Assembly: GCA_043228905.1 (NCBI GenBank)
Contig: JBHGNT010000011.1
Coordinates: forward strand, 6,324,001-6,388,000
From: Azolla caroliniana
Lineage: Eukaryota > Plantae > Polypodiophyta
Reading direction: 5' to 3'
DNA: 64,000 nucleotides
The position numbers were made by a program, and so were the translations under genes. The notes beneath the pieces were generated by a model. The model did not search any database. It was not told where the DNA came from and worked only from the letters and a program-made list of their open reading frames with translations. This document shows, in pieces, positions 20,662 through 32,149 of the stretch (position 1 is the stretch's first letter; each line of letters opens with the position of its first letter).

Positions 20662-23659
20662 CAAAGCATTCGCGTTCACATCGAGGGAGATCGGATGCAT
20701 TGATCCAAAGATAGTGGAGCCGATGGTGATTTTCACGATTGATCATGTACCGTGGAACCTGAAGCCGATTCCGGTGCCACGGGCGCATATTCCGAAAGTC
20801 ATCGACTTGCTCAAGGAGAAGGTGGCGATGGGGATTCTAGAGCCATCAAGTGCTCCGTACTCAAATCGGTGGTTTACGATTCCGAAGAAGAATGGGTCAC
20901 TCCGATTCATCCAAGACTTGCAACCGGTGAACAAGGTCACGATCCGGAACTCGGGAGTCGGTCCGATAGTGGACGAATTCGCGGAAGCTTTTGCCGGACG
21001 TGCGATATACTCCATCGGGGACCTATACTCGGGGTATGACCAATTCCAACTAGCCGTGGAGAGCCGAGACATCACTACCATGCGGACACCGATAGGACTA
21101 GTTCGAATGTGCACACTACCACAAGGAGCGACAAACTCGGTTGCACATATGATGAACGCGATGAACAAGGTGCTTCGAGATTGCATCCCGGAGATAACGA
21201 TGCCGTTCCTAGATGACATTCCGATGAAAGGATGCGCGGTGGAAGAAAAAGATGAGACTATGGATGATCGGGGATGCCGAAAGTTCGTGGTCGACCATAT
21301 TCATGATTGCGAGAAAGTGTTGCGAAAGCTAGAAGATGTGCACCTAACACTTTCCGGGGAGAAATCGGCATTCGGGCAAGAAGAAATATTGGTGGTCGGA
21401 CATCTATGTGGACCCTACGGCCGAAGACCGTCACCAACAAAGGTCGATGCGATTCAAGCTATGAAGGAAGTATGTGAGTCGACATCGGAAGTCCGAAGGT
21501 TTCTGGGTGCGTGTGCATTCTATCACATATGGATTCCGCACTATGCACATATAGCGGACCCGCTCTATCACTTGTTGCGGAAAGGTAAGAAATTCGAGTG
21601 GAAACCGGAACACACTAAAGCCATGAGGAAGCTCAAGAAGACACTATGGAGGGCGGAATCACTTAAGAAGCCAAGCTACGAGCGGCCAATCATAGTAACG
21701 GTTGATACAAGTCCAACCGGTATCGGGTGGGTCATCAATCAAGCCGACTCGGATGGTTCGCAGTATCCGATCCGATTTGGAGCAAAGGTCCTCAACGAAA
21801 GGCAACGCGGATATGCACAAGTCAAAAGAGAATTGTGGGGAGTCGTGTCGGCGATAAAATCGGATCGGGATTATTTGATCGGAGCTGAAGTGGTGATCGA
21901 GACGGATTGTCTTCCGATACTCGGGATGATGCGGTGTTGTACGATACCGGATGTGGCTATGCTAAGGTGGATTGCATATGTCAAGTCACTTAATCCGGAG
22001 GTTCGACACATCTCGGGGAAGGACAACGCGGTAGCGGACATGTTATCGAGGGCGCGGTTTGAAGACGACATAACCGAATCAGATAATGAAGAAGTTTCCG
22101 AAGACTACTTCACGTCAGAACACATATGCCGAGTGAACGTGATCCGAGAATTCCGGGAAGAAGAATACGAGGGGGAAACCTTGATGATCGGGAAGATGCT
22201 ACAAGAGGTCGAGGATTCAACCAATGATAAAGAAAGGAGAGCCGAGATCCGAAGGAAGAAGAGGCAAGTCCAAAAGTTCTTCTTGGAAAACGGTTTAATA
22301 TGGAGGACGCCGAAAAGACCGGATGGGATACCACTTCGAGTAGTCGGGACGAAAGAGCAACGAAACCGGATAATGTCCGAGTTCCACGAATCCGATTGGG
22401 CTGGACATCGAGGAACATGGGCAACTTTTGTGAAAATCAAGCAAAGATATTGGTGGAAGAACATGTATAAAGATGTCGCGGAGTTCACAGAAAGCTGCGA
22501 GAAATGTCAAGTCTACTCCGGGGTCCGGCACCGAGATGAGCTGCATCCGACATTCTCACCGACAATCAACTTCAAGTGGATGGTCGACATTGTAGCTATG
22601 CCGACCGGGATTGGACAAAAGAAATACTTGGTGTTAGCTCGAGAAGATCTCACAAACCAAGTTGAAGGTCGAGCGCTTCGGAGGAAAACGTGTGCCGCGG
22701 TGTGCCAATTTCTTTTGGAAGAAGTGTTTTGTAGGTACGGCTGCGTAGGACAAGTGATTGCGGACCGGGGAGAACTCGACTCGGACAAAGCTAGGGGATT
22801 CTTCGCCAAACATGGAGTTCGGTTAACGTTGACAACGGCCTACAATCCGGAGGCCAACGGGAAGATCGAACGAGGACATAGTCCGATCGTAAAAGCACTT
22901 GCGAAGGCATGTGACGGAAGGGTGAAGGATTGGCCACAAATGCTTCCGTATGCACTATGGGCGGATCGGACGACGCATAGCTCCGTGACCGGTTACATGC
23001 CGGCAGAACTCATGACCGGACAAGCACCGGTAATGCCAACGGAAACCGCAATCGCGACATGGACAATACTACCGTGGAAGGAAGAGATGAGCCGGGAAGA
23101 ACTACTAGCGGTCCGGATACGACAATTGGAGGGAAGACCGAAAGATGTAGCAGAAGCGTCACGCCGACAACAAGAAGCACGGTTCCGGAACAAAAGCCGG
23201 TTCGACACAAAGCACCGACTACGACCGAGGAGGATTGAAGAAGGAGATTGGGTGATCGTCTATGATAGTAGCTTGGACCATCAACATACAACGATGCGGA
23301 AATTCGCGAAAAGGTGGTTCGGGCCGTACGAGGTTCGGAAGGTCTTCGACAACGGGACGTACCGACTGTCCGAGTTGGATGGAACAATACTACGAGTGCC
23401 TATAGCCGGGAAGCGGGTGAAGATTTTCAAGAAGCGGACCGACGACAAACCTTATGTGATCCAAGTCGAGGCCGACAACGAGGAGCAATCGGACGAAGAC
23501 CACAATGATGCGGGAAGCGAAGAAAGTGGATTACAACTCATAGTCGACATAAGGGGAGAATCGGAGGAAGCTTCGGATGAAGACGGATACGAAGAATCAA
23601 GAACTTCGGCACATACCGGAGGATGTGCGGGTTTGGAGGGGGCGAGTGTCGTAGTGTAG
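20662..23659 (+). CDS. Element B pol (RT, RNase H, integrase)
   Basis: Motifs FLDD, LPQG, VDTS, H-H-C-C and GPY. The stop codon falls inside the 3' LTR. Confidence 0.95.
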
Positions 23660-24463
23660 GTTGCACACTATGCGGAAATTATATTTTTGTCCCTCCGGAT
23701 AGAGAATGGAGTGCTCGGTGAGAACCGGAAGAAAACGGCATACCGGCAAGGAGGAAAACGGCATACCGGCAAGGAAGAAAACGGCATACCGGCAAGGAAG
23801 AGCCGGATAAAGAGACATAAATGTAAAAAAGAAGGAAATACTCACTACTGCGCAGAGCGTGATTCAAACTCTGCACCTCCACGTTGACAAACCTCAACCT
23901 TACCATTACATTAACTTATCTTAAGTGTTTTAAATATAGATTTAATATGTATAAGACCTTTATTTATGCATACCTTTATTAAAAGGTAAATCGTGTATTT
24001 CTTTAATATATGAAAAAGAAAAAAAAACACGAGACACTAAAAATAACTCATGCACATCTAGCGTGCATGAGCCCTATACTTAGGAAATAAAAAAGCATCA
24101 CATGCACATTTTTAGGGGACATGAACACTTTTTGTAAAAAAAAAAAAAAAGCATGAAGCCATGCTTAGCTTTTTTTCCTTATATAAGGAGGAGAGAAATA
24201 TGTAAAGGGTTGTTGATTATTTGGATTAAGAATTAATCAATACAAAAATTATTCGTGGGATTCACGATTTATACGTCTACTTCTCTCTTAACACCCTAAG
24301 TACCAATTAATATAGTATACTCGTGTGATTCACGAGTTTCTTATCTTTCTCTTTGCTATTTACTCATAATTAATCTCTATCTCACGAACTTCTTTCTCCT
24401 AGTCCAAGACCTCTGTGGTTCCCACCCGACTCACGCAACGATCCGGAGCCGAAAGGCACGACA
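23647..24463 (+). repeat. Element B 3' LTR (817 bp)
   Basis: TG...CA direct repeat of 10018-10811. Confidence 0.97.
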
Positions 24464-24626
24464 CCGGAATCTAGAAGGGCTAAGGTATGTACTGGAGGGG
24501 TACTTTTAGTACTAACTGCTACTTGGGCTACGAACACATCACTAACTTGCTTAGAGGGAATGGAACCACTAATGGGCTGCACAGATCTAGGGCTGTCCAA
24601 CCAAACGGCTCCTATTTTGGCTGGAC

Positions 24627-25796
24627 TTAGTCGTTTAACTCTTCTTCTAATTGGCTAAGGACATCAAATTTGTTTGCGAGATTCGGACTATTAGTACTAT
24701 TAGGACTATTATGACTATGAGGATTATCAGAGATTCCTACTGAAATAGACTCGGGTTTAGTATAGTCAGAACTAACAATGACTTGGTTTACCTGCCTTCT
24801 TGGTCTATGGGGACAGTTTATCGCGATATGCCCTGGTCCACCGCAATAAAGGCATAATCGGTTTGTTCGGCGTCATTGCTTTTCCTCCTCCGATAGCGGC
24901 CCACGACGACGTGTAGTGTCAATTTCCATTGGAGTTGGAGTACTTACTGGAGGCGCATTATGTGACTCCCTTTGAAAAGGTTTCGCTACCACTGAGGCAT
25001 AGGTAGGCTCGGATCTTGCCCTCGGCATCTGAAATTGTCGTTCCGAACGTCGCTCGAAGAGGCGGTTGTCACATCTGACCGCTCGACTGATTGCTTCTGT
25101 TAATGATTTTGGCTCTTCAGGGAAAGTCAAGAGTAAATCCTTGACATCGTTGCGTAGACCATAGCGGAACTGCTCCATCAATGCTTGATCATCCCAGGGG
25201 ATATCGGCGGCGAGTAGGCGGAAATCTGCAGCATATGCGGAGGCTGGACGGTCACCTTGGCGTAATCGCCGGATTTTGTTGATTGCAGTCCTTATGCTGT
25301 CAGTATCTCCAAAACATGCTTTAAACTCACTTATGAATTCTTCAAAATTATTTAGTACTGGAGATTCCTTTTCTAGTAGCGGAGCGAACCATGCTAATGC
25401 TGAGCCATTTAACAACGTGCCTACTAAACCCACTCGTGATGCATCGGTGGGATATCGGGACGGATGCATTTGAATAACTAACCGTACCTGGTTAAGAAAC
25501 CCTCTAAACTGCGATCGCGTTCCATCGAACTTCGTGGGAAGGCCAATCTTGGGTTCTTTATGAATCCCTTGTGCTCCGTGCCCTTGTTGTTGCATTGCTA
25601 CGATGGTTGCTTCGAGTTGTTGCACGCGTAACGCAAGTTCCCCATGCTGTTGTTGCGTTTGCTGCTTTTCTAAGGAAATTTGCTGAAGATCCCCCAACAA
25701 GCGTTGATTTTCTTGTTCCAAAGCATGAAACTTCTCTTTCAAGCATTGAAATTCCGAGAAAACGGATTGATACTCTTCAGCGCTAACGGTGGCCAT
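24627..25796 (-). pseudogene. Element A gag with one premature TGA before the CCHC zinc knuckle
   Basis: ORF 24873-25796 (Ty3/PEG10-like capsid) continues in frame past the TGA as RRTNRLCLYCGGPGHIAINC...EEELND*, with the stop at 24627-24629. Confidence 0.9.
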
Positions 25797-25853
25797 GGGA
25801 TGAAGGAAAAGGGAAATAAGAGACTAGTAGGAAAGGAGGGAGACTAGTAGGGA

Positions 25854-25865
25854 AAATCGGTTCAA
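25854..25865 (-). promoter_or_regulatory. Self-priming PBS of element A
   Basis: The RNA-sense sequence UUGAACCGAUUU is complementary to LTR sequence 26110-26121, about 30 nt downstream of the TATA box. Confidence 0.8.
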
Positions 25866-25867
25866 AC

Positions 25868-25996
25868 TGTCAGGAACTCTATTAAGGCAGAGAAGGAATT
25901 AGTACTAAAAGAAGGATTAGTACTATTGTTGGGGAATAGTACTAAGACAGAGAAGGATTAGTACTATGAGAGGTGTCGAACTTTGAGAGAAGGAAT

Positions 25997-26040
<44 letters not shown>

Positions 26041-26330
26041 TGATGCGAAAGATATATGTATTATATGACGGAAGATATACAACAGTAGTTAGAAGGCTTA
26101 AGACTGGCGTTGAACCGATTTGGTTCGAACTAATGCCTTGCGCCTCCTTTTATAGTGTCTTCAGGAATACTCCTGAAGTTTCTAGAATGTTCCAGAGAAA
26201 TCTGGAATATACATCAATTTCCCAATAAAACCTAAATGAAAATAATATCCTTCAAATTACAATTCATAACCTAATGGTAAAGTCTCGACCCGTGTAACAA
26301 AAGGTTATGGGTTCGAGTCTAGTTATGACA
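25868..26330 (-). repeat. Element A 5' LTR (463 bp)
   Basis: TATAAAA on the minus strand at 26154-26148. Adjacent to the PBS and gag. Confidence 0.97.
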
Positions 26331-26335
26331 GCTAC

Positions 26336-26904
26336 CTTTTTTAGACATATGGATCAACCTCAAAAACTCATCTTTTTCATTTAATTGTTTTCAAAAACCC
26401 CTCAATTCATACCAATTCTTACCTTTTTCATCGGATCATCCTCCCCATATAAAACAACACTTTATCACTAATGAAGTGAGGAGATATTTCATTAGAGAAA
26501 GCACCCCATTAGGTTTCTACCAAATGAAAAAACTCTTTTTCAATACACTAGTTAACCATGGTTACCCCCCTTCCTTCATACTAAAAAGCTATAGGAAAAT
26601 ACCCTTTAATCTTAGAAAAACACTCCTATATCAACCCAAAACTACTACCTCCCTTAACCCCCCAATCTTTAAACTTAGATACACCAAACATACCCCAAAA
26701 CTAGGCATTCATAGTTTTCTAAACAATCTCTATAATAACTTAGTGCTAGATCCCGAGCTTGCTAGCATCTCACTCCCCGTCATATGTTGGACAAAATCTA
26801 AGTCCATACATGCCCTCCTAGTTAAGACTAAGTTTTCAAAAATCCACCCAAATCCCCCACTTAAAACTAAGTTTTCAAACAATCCACCCGAATCCCCCAC
26901 TTAA
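26336..26904 (+). pseudogene. PLE reverse transcriptase, C-terminal part (thumb)
   Basis: The frame resumes after the GCTAC TSD: LPFLDIWI...FQKPLN..FLPFSSDHPPHIK...GYPP...LLVKTKF. Confidence 0.9.
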
Positions 26905-26984
26905 AACTAAATTTTCAAACAATCCACCCAAATCCTCCACTTAAGACTAAGTTTTCAAAAAATCCACCCACATCCCCCACTTAA
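26822..26984 (+). repeat. Four ~40-bp tandem repeats at the end of the PLE ORF
   Basis: Unit TTAA(G/A)ACTAAGTTTTCAAA(C)AATCCACCCAAATCCCCCAC. Confidence 0.9.
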
Positions 26985-27092
26985 TATTATACCATCATCC
27001 TAAAACCCCTTTTCTCATCACATTAAGAACTCCCCCCTCACCATCATCATTACACTCATTCCCCCTCTCTCACTCCCTATCACTTTCATACA

Positions 27093-27130
<38 letters not shown>

Positions 27131-27239
27131 CCAAATCCTATTCTATCTCATCTACTACACAAATCAAATCCTCCCAACTCCTTTTCTCTCACTCCCTCTT
27201 CCTCCCCACCCCTTTATTAATCACATTCTCTTGTTGTAA

Positions 27240-27294
27240 TGGTCTTTGCACTGAAGAGCTACACCATGGAGCGAAACTAGTTTGTGTAAGACCA
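27240..27294 (+). ncRNA. Minimal type I hammerhead ribozyme, copy 1
   Basis: Stem I TGGTCTTTGCA/TGTGTAAGACCA, core CTGAAGA, stem II GCT..AGC, GAAA, palindromic stem III ACTAGT, cleavage triplet GUU. Confidence 0.85.
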
Positions 27295-27316
27295 CCACCC
27301 TCTTTTAATAAAAACA

Positions 27317-27362
<46 letters not shown>

Positions 27363-27366
<4 letters not shown>

Positions 27367-28255
27367 AAAGCATCCCTAAATCTATGTGGAAAGAGTTTCA
27401 AAATGTCCAAAAGCATTTTCTTACCAAGTTTCTACAAGTTAAGAAACAAATGCCCTACACCCTCCTCCTCCTTGACATGGGATCGCTTCCCATTGAGATC
27501 ATGACCATGGAAAGGGTTGTTGAATACATGCTTAAGGTTCAAAAAAGTCCCTCACATCGACTTTCTAGAATTGCGTGGGAAGCACGCAAAAAGATCCAAA
27601 AAACGCATAAAAGCAAAATTGTGTTTCGGTTGGATGCAAGATATAGAAAAATGGTTTGGTAGATTGGATGCGTGACACTTGCTTCATGATGCATCATTAG
27701 ATTCCTCTGTAAATGAGGCATTTTTGCAACGCCAATGTATCATGACATGGGACAAATGTCGAGGCTCACGCTTCACACATTATACTACACATGTTGCACC
27801 TAACTACAAAACCATATTCTTTGCGGAACGAGGAAATCGTACACATCTATACATGTTAGAGCCCATACCGTTATCTGCCATTCGAACCATTGCTTCCATG
27901 CGACTTAACTCACATGCATTGCGATGTGAAATAGGGCGTTGGGGTACAAGTAATGAGAGTGGTCGGCTATGCACACTTTGCCCTAAACAAGTTCGCGAGT
28001 CTAAGTATCACACTTTGATACAATGCTCTGCCTTTGATCATATTCGACCATGCTTTCCACATCTCTTCGATCGAGCCCAATCTTTGCATGAATTCCTCTC
28101 ACAACCACAATGTGCACTCTTGATTGCAACATTCATTGGTAAAGTTCTTGAACATCGAGAGTCACTACTCACTTTCACACGTATCACGTGAAATGTAATA
28201 TTTTTGGTCGCATAGGTCATATTTGACCTCCGAAGATGATAATATAATCTATCTA
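27363..28255 (+). mobile_element. 5'-truncated LINE (ORF2 C-terminus and 3' UTR)
   Basis: RLNSHALRCEIGRW...RLCTLC..VRESKYHTLIQC CCHC-type motif, a 3' hairpin AGGTCA-TATT-TGACCT, and a short TCTA tail merging into a (TC)n tract. Confidence 0.8.
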
Positions 28256-28376
28256 TCTCTCTCATCACCAAATCCTATTCTATCTCATCTACTACACAAA
28301 TCAAATCCTCCCAACTCCTTTTCTCTCACTCCCTCTTCCTCCCCACCCCTTTATTAATCACATTCTCTTGTTGTAA

Positions 28377-28431
28377 TGGTCTTTGCACTGAAGAACTCCG
28401 CCATGGAGCGAAACTAGTTTGTGTAAGACCA
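28377..28431 (+). ncRNA. Minimal type I hammerhead ribozyme, copy 2
   Basis: Same fold as copy 1, with stem II CTCC-gccat-GGAG. Lies in the second copy of the ~200-bp repeat (27126-27320 versus 28263-28457). Confidence 0.85.
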
Positions 28432-28636
28432 CCACCCTCTTTTAATAAAAACATTTCTCTCTCTCTCTCTCTCTCACAGACACACACACACACGCACACA
28501 CGCACGCACGCACACGCACACACACACACACACACATTCTTGTATGTTGCCTAGTTTCTCTTGTTTAGCTTAACCACCCTCTAACTGTCGTGTGCCTATC
28601 CTTATGCACTCCTTGTTTCGATCATTTGGTCCTAGT

Positions 28637-28910
28637 AAGATACATCTTCACCAAGCCCCTTGGTCTTGACAAGTTGCAGCAATTCTCGAGTATGCTTGGT
28701 CTACAACACCTCAACTTGCCGAACTTGAGGGGGAGAGTCAGGGGGAGACTTGATGAGAAAGTTAAAGTCGAGGTAACTGAATCGGCTAAGGGAAGACCAA
28801 CCGACTACAGGGGGAGTTTCCAAACAAGCGAGCCAGAGCCAACCGAACAAAGGGGGAGAACCCATGAGAAGAAAGCCAGGAGGGTAAAAGCATGCGAGTG
28901 GAAACACTAT
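28637..28910 (+). mobile_element. Ty1/copia RNase H C-terminus and 3' fragment
   Basis: IFTKPLGLDKLQQFSSMLGL followed by purine-rich TTGAGGGGGAG. Confidence 0.6.
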
Positions 28911-29461
28911 TATAGCTAATTAGCTGGTAAAATGGCCATAGTTATTTAGCTATTTGTTTAGCTAGTTTTTTGTGGGCAAATCATAAGGATCATTTACAAA
29001 ATTTTATGCTTTATTAGTTAAATACATGTCATTTAATTTATGAGAATACTCAAAAATCTGAACTTTGGTTTCTGACGTAGTGGAACTTGGGGAACAGTGC
29101 CCTCATCTAAACTCGACTTGAATGTCACCAAATTCCTATTAATCCTGAGTTTGAGTTCGAAATCCAAATAGATGGAGTACTCTGAGAATGAACGTAGACA
29201 AAGGTCCCGCAACAACACAAAAACTCTGATATCAACATTGCACATTGAGAGCTACAACACACCACCAATTTGATCCTCGTCCGGGTATGTATCAGTTATA
29301 CATTAAAAAATCTTTTTTTTTTCCTTTCTGATAACTGTAACTTTGTTGCATGTTCATCTTTTATAAAAAACGATTAGGGTGAAGTCATTGGAGTCCCAAA
29401 CAAGGATGTCTCGAAGATCGGGGTATAACAGCAGGTGTGTTTTTGATTGACAAAAATTCTG

Positions 29462-29720
29462 ATTAGGGTTGATTTCATACATATTTCAGATTAGGGTTTT
29501 TCATTTCCTTAAGCGGTTGATTTCTTATTAGGGTTTTTTATTAAGGTTTCTGATTAGGCTTTCTGATTTCCTTAAGTAGTTGATTTCTTATTAGGGTTTC
29601 TTATTAAGTTTTTTTATTAGGGTTTCTAATTTCCTTAAGCAGTTGATTTCTGATTAGGGTTTTTTATTAGGGTTTCTAATTAAGGTTCCTAAATAGGGCT
29701 TCTGATTTCTAATTACTATT
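29462..29720. repeat. Degenerate array rich in ATTAGGGTTT (telo-box/telomere-like motif)
   Basis: About ten TTAGGGTT/TTAAGGTT variants in ~60-bp units with TTTCCTTAAGCAGTTGATTTC. Confidence 0.75.
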
Positions 29721-29899
29721 GAAAATTTCAGATTTAGTGTTGGAATTTTGCACCAATTCACATTTCTAATTTCAATGGTTGTGTGTCTGCAAACTTCCCC
29801 CAAACTTGATTTAGGATTTGGGTGAATGTGGCTGATTTTTTATTTTTGATTCTTCCCTACAAATTATGGTTCTAAATTCACATGTCTCAGTAGAGCAGA

Positions 29900-31880
29900 G
29901 GTAACATGTATTGATTTTTTCTTTCAAGTGGCTCGTTCCTCCATATCCTAGAGTGCTAAACTATACAAAGTTTTGCAAGACAAAAGAGGACTTTAACAAC
30001 ATATATGGTCTATCACTAGAGAGTATTGACCCTGTTGTTCTAACAGATAAATTGATTAGTGATGTAGACTAGTTGTTAGTCTATAAAGTGCCCAGAGTGA
30101 AAGGCAAGGTGAAGCTCAAGCATGTATGACCAGAGTTGTATGACGATTGCATGAGGCTCCACCAAAAAGTACATCAAGAGATCCCGATCAACAACGAGTT
30201 GTCTGTTGCATTCGCGAGAGCTTTTGCATACGAGTATTGCAAAACAGCGAAGGAAGCAACAAACCCTGAAATGTATAGGGTAGCTTGGGCTATTTATGGT
30301 GAGGCATCGGTAGAACAATGTCGAAAGATGGGGAGCTTGAAACAAAAAATGGCAAGATTCTGGAGCATAGTAGTTGATGATGCAACTGCTGACTCCCAAC
30401 AAACCCGCAAGTATACACCACACCGAAACACAATGAAAGCCAATGTTGATGACACAGGTGAGACATTGATTAACTATATGCTGAAAAATGTCCATGAAGC
30501 AAGTGAGACATTAGAGGCAACGAAGACTAACTTAGAGAAAGCAACATTAGTTGTTGCGATGGAGAGCAAAGTCACTTTGGCAGTGACAACAATCATAAAT
30601 AAGATTCAGGTAGCTATTGTTTTGCTAGTATGTAACATGTCATAAATAACTTGTACATGAAAATGTCCTTAGTGAGGCATTATTTGGAACAGGTTGCTCA
30701 ACATGAGCTCGAAATTGAGGGGCTGCTTAATCCCTAGTGGAAAATACAACTACAGACAGAGATCCAGATTCTTTCAATGAACCTAGACCTTCTAGGTGTA
30801 AATACTGTCGTTGATTATAATTTGGAGAACCTCCAAGTAAGTTAATGATTCATGTTTCTTGTTGTTCTATCTTCCTCATTAAGGAATGACAAATTGGTAA
30901 TTTCTCGGTTGCGTTGTAGGAACAATACGCCCTTTAAGAATAGGTAGTTAGCTCCTTAAGAAGCAACTACATTTTGTGCAGGGGATGGTAAAGAGCAGAC
31001 AAGAATTGGATCTCAACATTCTTGCTCCCTTACCAAATGAAGGAGAACCAGGCAACGATATATTGACTATCCAAGCACGTTGCATCGCTTGCGGCTTAGG
31101 CGTAGAGGACAGAACAACCACTCTGTTAGTACACCTACGACCATGCCAGCACACATGCCATATCGTTTGTTTTCAATATGCCTCTCACATTGCTGCAGTC
31201 TATTTGGGGGATTGCAATACAACTCTCCCATATGAGTGGAGAAAACTGATAGGTAAAATTGTTGCTTGTCTCTATAGTGTAGTAGCTAATTAGTTACATC
31301 TTAGCTAATTAGCTAAGCTGTATAAAGTATGGTAGCTATTTAATTGTTATGGTTCAGTAGTGTAGTAGCTAATTAGCTACAACCTAAGTATTCGCTAATT
31401 AGCCAAGATGTAGCTAATTAGCTACTACAAATCTATGGTGTAGCAGCCAATTAGCTACATTGTAGACAATTAGCTAAGTAGTATCAAAAGTGGTAGTTAA
31501 TTAGCTACTGCCATAGTTAAGAAGAATAGCTAATTAGCCAAGATGTAGCTAATTAGCTACTGTAAATCTATGGTCTAGTAGATAATTAGCTAAGATGTAG
31601 CTAATTAGCAAAGTGGTAGCTAATTAGCTATTGTCAACCTATAGTCTAGTAGCTAATTAGCTAAGCATTATCAAGAGTGGTAGCTAATTCGTACTGCCAT
31701 AGTTAGCAAGACGTGGCTGACGTGCAAGTCGTTGCTGAGGCGATGGAAAGGTTGTCAGAGGAGGACACACTTGCGCAATGGGTGAAAGAAGCAAGGCTAA
31801 ATGGGCAATTGACTAGAAAAAGGCTGAAGAAGGGGCCACGATCGGGGACAAGACCAATTACTCGATCAAGGGGCTCTTGA
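29900..31880 (+). pseudogene. Spliced helical/coiled-coil plus RING-finger cargo gene
   Basis: ORF pieces 30136-30645 and 30976-31293. CIAC...PCQHTCHIVC...C fits RING-H2-like spacing. GT-AG introns. The start is approximate. Confidence 0.6.
31280..31710. repeat. AGCTAATTAGCT array (intron of the RING gene)
   Basis: Follows the donor AG|GTAAAA at ~31253. Confidence 0.9.
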
Positions 31881-32149
31881 ATTGGAGCTAATTACTACCA
31901 ATTACTGATTAGTGGGATATGACTGTTAGCTATTTTCTTAGAAAATTAGGAAGATGGCCTATGGTCTATTTGGACAAGTAACACCTCAAATTGATTGTTG
32001 CTTGATCCACATTATGTAATGGAACTCTATGATGGATATTAAGATAATATTTTTATTTTGTTGCAAATATTTCATGTTCATTATGTTGTTTTGTGAGACT
32101 GTTAGCTACTTTGTAAGTGTGAATATGTTGGTGTTTTCTGATGTTGTAG

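Larger units (their letters stand above)
10018..24463 (+). mobile_element. Element B: non-chromovirus Ty3/gypsy (Phygy-like), carrying nested C
   Basis: LTRs at 10018-10811 and 23647-24463. 4-bp TSD CCGG (10014-10017, 24464-24467). PBS TGGTGAACCCGACGTGA. PPT before 23647. The clade name is from recall and is tentative. Confidence 0.95.
6130..26330 (-). mobile_element. Element A: Ty3/gypsy chromovirus (Tcn1-like), full length, carrying nested B and C
   Basis: TG...CA LTRs at 6130-6600 and 25868-26330. 5-bp TSD GCTAC (6125-6129, 26331-26335). PPT at 6601-6617. Domain order PR-RT-RH-INT-chromodomain. Confidence 0.97.
4229..28460 (+). mobile_element. Penelope-like element (PLE), split by element A, with 3' hammerhead-containing pseudo-LTR repeats
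   Basis: PLE-type RT, strong C/A strand bias, and terminal ~200-bp repeats carrying type I hammerheads. Boundaries are approximate. Confidence 0.8.

Noticed and set aside
24873-24875. Programmed stop read-through in element A gag
   Set aside because: The TGA sits at an Arg-rich position before the zinc knuckle and is most simply a CGA>TGA deamination. A separate -1 signal explains pol expression.
27189-28535. Minus-strand ORFs with ERERER/CVCVCV runs
   Set aside because: Translations of (TC)n and (CA)n microsatellites.
29462-29720. Interstitial telomere or PLE telomeric junction
   Set aside because: No contiguous (TTTAGGG)n, and the array is about 1 kb from the PLE end with a copia fragment in between.
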